64,000 bases of DNA from Minisyncoccota bacterium (lineage in GTDB: Bacteria > Patescibacteriota > Minisyncoccia > Minisyncoccales > RBG-13-42-11). The notes under the pieces are model-generated. The model did no database searches and was not told where the DNA came from. It was given only the letters and a program-made list of their open reading frames with translations. The position numbers and the translations under genes were made by a program. Below, one piece after another: positions 54,270 through 61,665 of this stretch (the stretch's first letter is position 1; the number at the start of each line of letters is the position of its first letter). Location: positions 11,128 through 75,127 of the forward strand of contig JADHYE010000001.1 of the NCBI GenBank assembly GCA_016782605.1, in the 5' to 3' direction.

Positions 54270-54739
54270 TGAGGAGCACGACGAGCGCGCTTCAATCCGA
54301 ACTTCTTTCTTTCCCTCATCCTCGGGTCTCTTTTCAAAAAACCAGCTTTTTTCAACTGTTTCCTCAATTCTGGATCGAATAAAACTAAAGCGCGAGTTAA
54401 ACCGTGCCTGACAGCTTCAGCCTGGGAAGTCGTCCCTCCCCCTTTAACTTTTACTGAAACCTGAAATTTGTCAGAATAATCAGTCAAAATCAAAGGAGAA
54501 AAAATAATACGCTGAAGGTATTTTGTCGGAAAATAATTTTCAAAAGTCCTTGTATTTATTAAAAAGGTCTTTTCTTTTTGAACAGAAATTCTCACCCTGG
54601 CTACAGCTGTCTTTCTCCTGCCTATGCCCTCAAAATACCTGGCTACTTTAGGTTTAACTGTTACTTTGGCAGTTTTTTTAGCTGGAGCTTTTTTGACTTT
54701 CTTTACTGTTTCTTTTTTTGTTTTTTTAGCCTTTGGCAT
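54254..54739 (-). CDS. rpsI: 30S ribosomal protein S9 with lysine-rich N-terminal extension
   Basis: C-terminal GGGTTSQAEAVRHGL..KKFGLKRARRAPQWQKR; start taken at MPKAKK; the track's MDVDIRG extension is derived from the repeat element. Confidence 0.9.
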   Translation of the reverse strand: MPKAKKTKKETVKKVKKAPAKKTAKVTVKPKVARYFEGIGRRKTAVARVRISVQKEKTFLINTRTFENYFPTKYLQRIIFSPLILTDYSDKFQVSVKVKGGGTTSQAEAVRHGLTRALVLFDPELRKQLKKAGFLKRDPRMRERKKFGLKRARRAPQWQKR

Positions 54740-54740
54740 A

Positions 54741-54872
54741 CCCCGTATATCAACATCCAAGCATTTTCAATGCGAAAACACTCTGAAGGCTGTTTTTATT
54801 TAATAATATATTCAACATAATAACTTTGTTTGATATTTTAATACGAAGTATTCTGGATGTTGTATTACAGGG
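54741..54872 (+). mobile_element. Family-1 element, copy 7 (flanked by CATA; variant right end ..ttacaggg)
   Basis: abuts the rpsI ATG; its last 8 bp supply the final codon and TAA stop of rplM. Confidence 0.85.
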
Positions 54873-55215
54873 CATATTTTAATCTTTTAATCATTTTTGC
54901 TCTTAATTTATTCTTGGGCAGCATGCCAAAAACCGCTTTCCTCAAAACTTCTTCCGGATTCTTCTCAAATAACTTCTCCAAAGTTATCTCCTTCAAGCTT
55001 CCCAGATATCCAGAATGACGGTAGTATTTCTTCTGTTTGGCTTTTTTGCCGGTGAATTTCAACTTATCAACGTTTTGGACAATAACAACATCGCCGATAT
55101 CTTTGTACGGCGCAAAGTCTGCTTTCTGTTTCCCCCTCAAAAGCAAAGCTATTTCAACAGCCAGTCTGCCTAAAACCTTATCAGTAGCGTCTATTTTGTG
55201 GGTTTTGCGTTCCAT
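54865..55215 (-). CDS. rplM: 50S ribosomal protein L13
   Basis: 116 aa L13-like. Confidence 0.85.
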   Translation of the reverse strand: MERKTHKIDATDKVLGRLAVEIALLLRGKQKADFAPYKDIGDVVIVQNVDKLKFTGKKAKQKKYYRHSGYLGSLKEITLEKLFEKNPEEVLRKAVFGMLPKNKLRAKMIKRLKYAL

Positions 55216-55217
55216 AG

Positions 55218-55568
55218 TTATTTAACCAATTCTATTATGGCTATTTTGGCAGCATCTACTTTTCTTTGGCCAAGCTTAATAATCCTGGTATATCCTCCTT
55301 TTCTTTCTTTGAATCTCGGGGCGATCTCATCAACCAATTTCTTAACCACTTTTCCAGTAAAAAACTTTGCCAATAATCTGCGCGAAGCCAAAGTGCCGAC
55401 TTTCGCTTTGGTAATCTTTTTTTCAACGAAAGAGGAAACCTCTTTTGCCTTAGCTTCTGTTGTTTTAACTTTTTCTTTCAATATCAAAGCAGCAGCTAAA
55501 GATCTTAAAAGAGCGTTTCTTTGGTCTTTTTCCCTATTTAGTTTTTTCCCTTTTTTTCTTTTTCTCAT
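55218..55568 (-). CDS. rplQ: 50S ribosomal protein L17
   Basis: MRKRKKGKKLNREKDQRNALLRSL.. Confidence 0.85.
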   Translation of the reverse strand: MRKRKKGKKLNREKDQRNALLRSLAAALILKEKVKTTEAKAKEVSSFVEKKITKAKVGTLASRRLLAKFFTGKVVKKLVDEIAPRFKERKGGYTRIIKLGQRKVDAAKIAIIELVK

Positions 55569-56364
55569 TTTTTACTTTTTTGCTTACTGCTTTCTTTTCT
55601 TTTTTCGGCTTCTTGGCCGCTTTTTTCTTTTCTTTGTCTTCCGGTTCTACAGATGCAGCTTTCGGCTGGAAAGCTGTAGCCAGCAACGAAAAGTGGCTAA
55701 TCAAAATTTCCGAAGCCTGATAAAATGCCTGTTCCGGATCGATAATGCCGTCTGTTTCAATTTCCAGAAACAATCTGTCAAAGTCAGTTCTTTCTCCGAC
55801 ACGCATATTCTCAACCCTGGAACTTACCCTTTTTACAGGAGTAAAGCTGGCATCCAGCAGAATAGCTCCTATCTCTAATTTTTCAGGCATGGAGCCTGCT
55901 GTTTTTTTCCTTGTTTCGCGGCTGGAATAGCCAATTCCCTTTTCAATCTGGATTTCCATTTCCAGTTCAGCGGATTTTGAATTCAAAGTGGCAATATGGC
56001 AGTTTTTATTTACCAATTCCACTTGGCTGGGCAGCTTGAAATCAAAGCCCTTCACTGCTTTTTCTCCCTTAACTTTCAGGGTCGCTTTCTGTGGCTCGTC
56101 GCTAAAAAGCTTAAATCTCAATTGCTTCAAATTAAGCATTATAGTGATAACGTCTTCTAAAACTCCTGAAATCGTTGAGAACTCATGGGAAACTCCCTTG
56201 ATTTTGACTTGGGTAATAGCAGCTCCTTCAAGCGAAGAAAGCAAAACCCTTCTCAAAGAATTGCCGACGGTTACTCCGTAGCCAGGACGCAAAGCTTCTA
56301 TTTCAAAAACAGCTTTGTTCCCTTCTTTTTTAACTATTTTGGGAGCGTGAGGTAAATTAATCAT
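55534..56364 (-). CDS. rpoA: RNA polymerase alpha subunit (N-terminal domain plus lysine-rich tail; no recognisable alpha-CTD)
   Basis: 276 aa; alpha-NTD motifs; C-terminal KEKKKAAKKPKKEKK..; overlaps rplQ by 35 nt. Confidence 0.85.
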   Translation of the reverse strand: MINLPHAPKIVKKEGNKAVFEIEALRPGYGVTVGNSLRRVLLSSLEGAAITQVKIKGVSHEFSTISGVLEDVITIMLNLKQLRFKLFSDEPQKATLKVKGEKAVKGFDFKLPSQVELVNKNCHIATLNSKSAELEMEIQIEKGIGYSSRETRKKTAGSMPEKLEIGAILLDASFTPVKRVSSRVENMRVGERTDFDRLFLEIETDGIIDPEQAFYQASEILISHFSLLATAFQPKAASVEPEDKEKKKAAKKPKKEKKAVSKKVKNEKKKKREKTK

Positions 56365-56433
56365 ATAGCGAGTCCCGCAACAACGGGACGAAGGTTAAGA
56401 AGAGGATGAATTCCTCTTCGATTTATTTTGAGT
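56365..56433 (+). repeat. Family-3 hairpin-pair element filling the rpsD-rpoA spacer
   Basis: atagcgagtcccgcaacaacgggacgaaggttaagaagaggatgaattcctcttcgatttattttgag; starts right after the rpoA ATG and contains the rpsD stop. Confidence 0.7.
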
Positions 56434-57052
56434 AAAACTCGAAAATTGCGGAGAGTTCTGCCGGTGGGACAGCCTCTTCTAAATTTGGTGAATCGATGAC
56501 CTTTGCCTCCAGCTTCTCAGCGTCTAATTTGAGCCAAGACGGAGGATTATATTTTTTTAAAGTAGATGATAATTTCTGGAAAATTGTTTTTTTTAAAGAA
56601 TTGGGGTTAACGCTTATTTTGTCCCCTTTCTTAACCAGATAGCTGGAAATATTAATCGGCCTGTCGTTAACCATAAGATGGCTGTGGGAAACCATTTGTC
56701 TGGCAGCAAATTTGGAAGGAGCGAAACCTAATCTGAAAACTACATTGTCCAAGCGGCTCTCCAAAGTTTTAATTAAAGCAGCGCCGGCATCCGTCACCTT
56801 TCCCCTGGCCTTTAAAATATCTTTGACGTAGTTCCTGAATTGCTTCTCTTCCAAATTATACCAGTTCTTTAATTTTTGTTTTTCCCTTAATTCTTTACCG
56901 TATTCAGAAAGCGATTTCACTCTTTTTTTAGCTTTTGGCCCTGGCGGATAAGGTTTTTTGATCATTGGGCATTTCTGCGATGAGCACCTTTCGCCTCTCA
57001 AAAAAAGCTTAATTCCTGCACGACGGCAAATTTTGCATTTAGAAACATTCAT
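56423..57052 (-). CDS. rpsD: 30S ribosomal protein S4
   Basis: 209 aa; N-terminal zinc ribbon CKICRR..C..C; S4 domain. Confidence 0.9.
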   Translation of the reverse strand: MNVSKCKICRRAGIKLFLRGERCSSQKCPMIKKPYPPGPKAKKRVKSLSEYGKELREKQKLKNWYNLEEKQFRNYVKDILKARGKVTDAGAALIKTLESRLDNVVFRLGFAPSKFAARQMVSHSHLMVNDRPINISSYLVKKGDKISVNPNSLKKTIFQKLSSTLKKYNPPSWLKLDAEKLEAKVIDSPNLEEAVPPAELSAIFEFYSK

Positions 57053-57053
57053 A

Positions 57054-57185
57054 CCCTGTATATCAACATCCAGGCATTTTCAATGCGAAAATATCCTGAA
57101 GGCTGTCTTTATTTAATAATATATTTAACATAATAACTTTGTTTGATATTTTAATACGAAGTATTCTGGATGTTGTATTACAAGG
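57054..57185 (+). mobile_element. Family-1 element, copy 8 (flanked by CATA; right end ..ttacaagg)
   Basis: abuts the rpsD ATG and fills the rpsK-rpsD spacer. Confidence 0.85.
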
Positions 57186-57192
57186 CATAAGT

Positions 57193-57642
57193 TTATACCC
57201 TTCTTACTTTTGGCTTACGACAGCCGTTATGCGGAACTGGAGTCATATCCTTAATTGAAACTATTTCCAAACCCCTGGCAGCCAATGACCTAATAGCTGA
57301 ATCTCTGCCAGAACCTATCCCCTTTACGAAAATCTCTATCTTTTCAATCCCTATTTTCTCGGCAATCTGGACGATTGCTTCAGCTACCTTGGAAGCAGCA
57401 AAAGGCGTTGCTTTTTTTGCTCCTTTGAAACCGATATTGCCAGCGCTAGTCCAGCCCAAAACATTACCCTTTGGATCTGTCAAAGTAAGGATGGTGTTGT
57501 TATAAGAAGAAGCAATGTAAATTCTGCCCTCTTGTATCCTTTTAAGGGTTTCTTTGGCCTGCTCTTTCACTTTCGTTTCCATGGCTTCACCTTCTTTCAA
57601 AATCTCTTCTTCAGTTTGTCGTATAACACGTTTTTTACCCAT
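57193..57642 (-). CDS. rpsK: 30S ribosomal protein S11
   Basis: 149 aa S11-like. Confidence 0.9.
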   Translation of the reverse strand: MGKKRVIRQTEEEILKEGEAMETKVKEQAKETLKRIQEGRIYIASSYNNTILTLTDPKGNVLGWTSAGNIGFKGAKKATPFAASKVAEAIVQIAEKIGIEKIEIFVKGIGSGRDSAIRSLAARGLEIVSIKDMTPVPHNGCRKPKVRRV

Positions 57643-57794
57643 AATGGTAATACCTAATTAGGTCGCGGCACGTCCCACTTGCAGCGGGACTAACACCGCT
57701 CTTTAAAAACCCTCGGTTTTTAATATTTTCCTACACGGAAGAACCAAAGGGTTCTTCCGACCCATCTCCGATATGGGACGTTATTACTGAATTA
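57643..57794 (-). promoter_or_regulatory. rpsK leader sharing hairpin modules with the rplK and rplJ leaders
   Basis: 57721-57790 matches 33820-33870; 57691-57705 (taacaccgctcttta) matches the rplJ leader; the approximately 30 nt before the ATG are shared. Confidence 0.5.
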
Positions 57795-58184
57795 TTATGT
57801 AGGTCCCGGAGGCGGCTTTCTGCCAGAACCAACTGTCTTTCTTATATTTCCCCTGGCAGTTCTCGTATTGGTTTTGGTTCTCTGCCCCCGCACAGGCAGG
57901 CCTTTAATGTGCCTGATGCCTATCCAGGTTCCTGCGTCCTTCAACCTTTTAATATTCATCATAATTTCTCTTTTCAAATCGCCCTCTGTCTTATAATTCT
58001 TCTCAATAATGTCTTTTAAGGTAGACACTTCCTGAGTGGTCAATTCTGAAGCTTTTTTTGTTTCTCCAATACCAGCTTCCTCTAAAATTTTCTTGCTCAA
58101 AGAGCGGCCTATTCCGAAAATATAGGTTAGGGCTATTTGTATTTGTTTTTTTTCAGGGATGTTAATCCCGGCAATACGTGGCAT
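57795..58184 (-). CDS. rpsM: 30S ribosomal protein S13
   Basis: MPRIAGINIPEKKQIQIALTYIFGIG. Confidence 0.9.
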   Translation of the reverse strand: MPRIAGINIPEKKQIQIALTYIFGIGRSLSKKILEEAGIGETKKASELTTQEVSTLKDIIEKNYKTEGDLKREIMMNIKRLKDAGTWIGIRHIKGLPVRGQRTKTNTRTARGNIRKTVGSGRKPPPGPT

Positions 58185-58189
58185 AAGTT

Positions 58190-58306
58190 TTATCCTTGAC
58201 GCTGCTTATGTTTGGGATTTTTTTTGCAAATAACATAAATTCGTCCTGATCTTCGGACGATTTTACAGTCTTTGCAAATTTTCTTGACCGATGGACGTAC
58301 TTTCAT
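58190..58306 (-). CDS. rpmJ: 50S ribosomal protein L36, missed by the ORF track (38 aa)
   Basis: translates [38 protein letters not shown]. Confidence 0.8.
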   Translation of the reverse strand: MKVRPSVKKICKDCKIVRRSGRIYVICKKNPKHKQRQG

Positions 58307-58339
58307 AATAAAAAAACAATAATGACTTATTGCGCGAAA

Positions 58340-58555
58340 CTATTTTCCGCGGTATGTTATTCTTCCTTTTTTCAGATCATAGGGGCTTAATTCAACCGTC
58401 ACCCTGTCGCCCGGCAAAACCTTTATCCTGAACATCCTTAATTTACCTGCCAAATGGCACGAAACCTCCTCCCCGTCATCCAGCTTAACTTTAAAATGCG
58501 TGCTGGGAAGAGCTTCTGTGATTATTCCGGTTTTTATTAAGTCATTCTTATCCAT
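58340..58555 (-). CDS. infA: translation initiation factor IF-1
   Basis: 71 aa S1-like OB fold; ..[30 protein letters not shown]. Confidence 0.9.
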   Translation of the reverse strand: MDKNDLIKTGIITEALPSTHFKVKLDDGEEVSCHLAGKLRMFRIKVLPGDRVTVELSPYDLKKGRITYRGK

Positions 58556-58603
58556 TAAATAGGCAATTTTTTAGTTTATCAGAAATTAGTTATTTGGTCA
58601 ATG

Positions 58604-59905
58604 CTAATCAATGACCAGATTGAATTTAATCTTACTTAGGTCTTCTGGCACCTTATTGACCCAGAATGGCCAAAACTTGACGCTGGCCCTGGTAATCTTA
58701 GGATAGTTTTCCAAGAAGAGCTTAGCCTCGAGCAAAGACTTTCCTTTTAAGGCGTTTTTAAAGCTGAAAATGTCAACGTCAGCATAGATTTTAGCTGAAA
58801 TTGTCAAAGAAACAGCAATTTTGCCGGTCTCTAAATCAACATCGTCAATAGAATAATTTATTTTCAAACTTTCCTCATAAAGCTTTTTATCCTGGGGAAT
58901 TTGAAAAGTAATCGCTTCTTTAACGTAATTCCTAATATCTTCTTTCTTAAACACTACGACTTGGCATTGCGCTTTCACCTGATAATTAAAGTCTTTTGCT
59001 TCTGTTTCAGCAGAAGTCAAAGAAAAGTTCTCAATAATTTCTGTCTGGATGCTGTCTGGCAAATAATCGAACTTGGAAGAAATCGCTTCTGACTGCAGTT
59101 CTTTCTGCAGCAGTTCATTGCATTCTTTCTCCGCTTGTTTTGTTAAAGTTTCTTCAGCTTGAGATAAATCCTTTTCTGTCACTTTAGCAATTTCTTCATG
59201 GAAGCCGCCTGCCATTGCTTCAAAAGATTCGCCGTAGAATTTAGTATACCTGTCTGTGCCGGCAAATCCCGGTACGGAGAACTTGGTCAAAGCGATATTG
59301 TATTCTTCGCCAGGCTGATCTGCCACCACTTTTACATCTATTTCTCCTGGAACAAGCTTTCCTTTCTCATAAGTACCTCCAGGAACAGTAACTTTGATTG
59401 GCGTGCGGAATACCTTTCCGTCAGCTGAAACAAAACGGGTAGTGGCTATTAAAACCTGCTGCGAAGTTGAATAGGCATTGTACACTTTTATTGTGCCTTG
59501 CGCCTTCTCCTCTTTCATAATTTTACCGGAAGCCGGAAAAGTCTGAACAATGGTTTTTTCTTTCTGAAGCGTTTCTGCCGGAATAATCTTTAAAAGAGAA
59601 TCAATAGCTGTTGCGTTTTTGTCGATATTCGTTTCTTCTATAAGATTAAAAACTTCTGTCTCCGGCCAAACGCTTATTTCAGCTTTAGACAAAGCAATGT
59701 AGCAAAACGCTCCCAATAAAACCAAAAAAAGCAAAGAAAAAGTCAAACCCTTTTTAAAGGGTGGATTAGGAGCTTTTTTAGGAAAACCCCACAAAGGAAC
59801 CTTGGGCTTTTGCTCTAGTTCTATCTTTACTTCTGGCTCTTTGTGCTCCTCCTTTTTTTTCTCTTTTTTCGAAGGAGGGAAAACGTCTATTACTTTTTTG
59901 CTCAT
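58604..59905 (-). CDS. hypothetical protein with Lys-rich N-terminus and one TM helix
   Basis: 433 aa; no family recognised; the ATG is flush with Family-2 copy B. Confidence 0.4.
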   Translation of the reverse strand: MSKKVIDVFPPSKKEKKKEEHKEPEVKIELEQKPKVPLWGFPKKAPNPPFKKGLTFSLLFLVLLGAFCYIALSKAEISVWPETEVFNLIEETNIDKNATAIDSLLKIIPAETLQKEKTIVQTFPASGKIMKEEKAQGTIKVYNAYSTSQQVLIATTRFVSADGKVFRTPIKVTVPGGTYEKGKLVPGEIDVKVVADQPGEEYNIALTKFSVPGFAGTDRYTKFYGESFEAMAGGFHEEIAKVTEKDLSQAEETLTKQAEKECNELLQKELQSEAISSKFDYLPDSIQTEIIENFSLTSAETEAKDFNYQVKAQCQVVVFKKEDIRNYVKEAITFQIPQDKKLYEESLKINYSIDDVDLETGKIAVSLTISAKIYADVDIFSFKNALKGKSLLEAKLFLENYPKITRASVKFWPFWVNKVPEDLSKIKFNLVID

Positions 59906-59906
59906 A

Positions 59907-59979
59907 CCAGGTAGTAGAAATTCGACTAATTAAACATTATTATCACTGCCGCGGTAGTGGTCGAATTTTCACTACCTGG
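59907..59979 (+). mobile_element. Family-2 element, copy B (flanked by CATA)
   Basis: ccaggtagtagaaattcgac .. cactgccgcggtagtg .. gtcgaattttcactacctgg. Confidence 0.75.
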
Positions 59980-60006
59980 CATAATAATATTATACACTAT
60001 TTATGC

Positions 60007-61665
60007 TTATTCCAAAACAGCTCTGATCCTTCTAATGCCAGCGCTGGAAGATTCTTCCTTAACAATCTTGAAATGGCCGAGCTCGCCAGTGCGGCGAACG
60101 TGAGGTCCGCCGCATATTTCCTTTGAAAAATCGCTGATACTGTAAACTTTTACTTTCTCTTCATATTTATCTTCGAAAACTCCGGTCGCTCCCTTCCCCT
60201 TCGCTTCCTCTAAACTCATTTTTTCACAGACCACAGGCAAATCCTCTTTGATTTTCTGGTTAACAATCTCTTCAACTTCTTTAATCTCTTTTTCTGTCAT
60301 CTTTCCTGGATGAACAAAATCAAATCTTAATCTCTCAGTTGTGATATTGCTTCCTTTTTGAGAAACCTGGTTGCCTAAAACCTGCCTCAAGGCAGCTAAC
60401 AACAAATGATTAGCAGTGTGATATTCAACTACTTGCTCAGAATTATCAGCTAATCCTCCTTTGAACATGCCAGAAGAAGAAGTTCTTGAAAGGTCCTGAT
60501 GTTCTTTGAACTTTTTATTAAATTCTTCCACGTTAATATCCCTCCCTCTTTCTTTAGCCAATTCTAAGGTCAATTCTAAAGGAAACCCGTAACTGGTATA
60601 TAATTCAAAAGCGTCTGTGCCTTTTTCAAACTGTTTCAATCCCTCCTCTAATGTCTTCTCAAATTTCTCCTCTTCATTTTGAATTGCTGTTAAAATATCA
60701 GTTTCTTTTGATTTCAACTCAGGATAAACATCTGTGTACATTTCAATCGCTTTTTGAGCTAAAGGAATCAAGAAATTCTCCGGCAAATTAAGCAGTTTGC
60801 CATATCTTATCGCCCTCCTTAAAACTCTTCTCAAAACGTATCCTCTTTCAACATTAGAAGGTAGAATCCCGTCTGAAATTAAAAAAACCGAGCCCTTAAC
60901 ATGATCAGAGATAATTCTTTTTGCTCTTTCATTATCACCCGGAATCTCATTAATAATCGGTAAAAACAAATCAGTCTCAAAAACTGATTTTTTGCCCTGA
61001 ACAACCGTTGCTAATCTCTCTAATCCCATACCAGTATCAACGCCTTTCTGTTTTAAAGAAGTAAGTTTTCCTGTTTTATCCTGGTAATATTCGTTAAATA
61101 CCAGATTCCAAACTTCAATACCGTTAAAATGAATTTCAGTTGTCGGGCCGCAAGGCCCCTCTTCGCCTGTCGGTCCCCAGAAATTATCTTCCCTGCCGCA
61201 CTTTTTAATTTTATTCTCCGGAACACCAAGTTTTTGCCAAATCTCAGATGACTCTTTATCCTCAGAGACCTTCCCATCTCCTTCAAAAACAGTAAAAACA
61301 GCCTTATCTAATGGCAGTTTCAACTCTTTAAAAAGAAATTCATAAGCCAATTTTATCGCTTCCTTTTTAAAATATCCTCCGAAAGAAAAATTTCCAAGCA
61401 TTTCCAAAAAAGTCAAATGGCTATCATCTCCCACCTCTTCAATATCTGACGTCCTGAAGCACTTCTGGCAGGAACAGACATTCTGGCCAAGAGGAGATTT
61501 TTCACCGAGATAATACGGCTTGAACTGCTGCATGCCGGCCGTAGTAAACAAAACACTTGTGTCAGTCGGTATAAGCGAAGAGGAAGGCACTATTTTGTGT
61601 CCCTTTTTTTCAAAAAATTCTAAAAACTTTCTCCTCAGGTCTTTTGAGTTCATTAAAGTTTCCAT
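60007..61665 (-). CDS. alaS: alanyl-tRNA synthetase, short form (catalytic core plus editing-domain region; no C-terminal C-Ala domain)
   Basis: 552 aa; AlaRS N-terminal motifs; HTANHLLLAAL editing-domain histidines. Confidence 0.8.
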   Translation of the reverse strand: METLMNSKDLRRKFLEFFEKKGHKIVPSSSLIPTDTSVLFTTAGMQQFKPYYLGEKSPLGQNVCSCQKCFRTSDIEEVGDDSHLTFLEMLGNFSFGGYFKKEAIKLAYEFLFKELKLPLDKAVFTVFEGDGKVSEDKESSEIWQKLGVPENKIKKCGREDNFWGPTGEEGPCGPTTEIHFNGIEVWNLVFNEYYQDKTGKLTSLKQKGVDTGMGLERLATVVQGKKSVFETDLFLPIINEIPGDNERAKRIISDHVKGSVFLISDGILPSNVERGYVLRRVLRRAIRYGKLLNLPENFLIPLAQKAIEMYTDVYPELKSKETDILTAIQNEEEKFEKTLEEGLKQFEKGTDAFELYTSYGFPLELTLELAKERGRDINVEEFNKKFKEHQDLSRTSSSGMFKGGLADNSEQVVEYHTANHLLLAALRQVLGNQVSQKGSNITTERLRFDFVHPGKMTEKEIKEVEEIVNQKIKEDLPVVCEKMSLEEAKGKGATGVFEDKYEEKVKVYSISDFSKEICGGPHVRRTGELGHFKIVKEESSSAGIRRIRAVLE

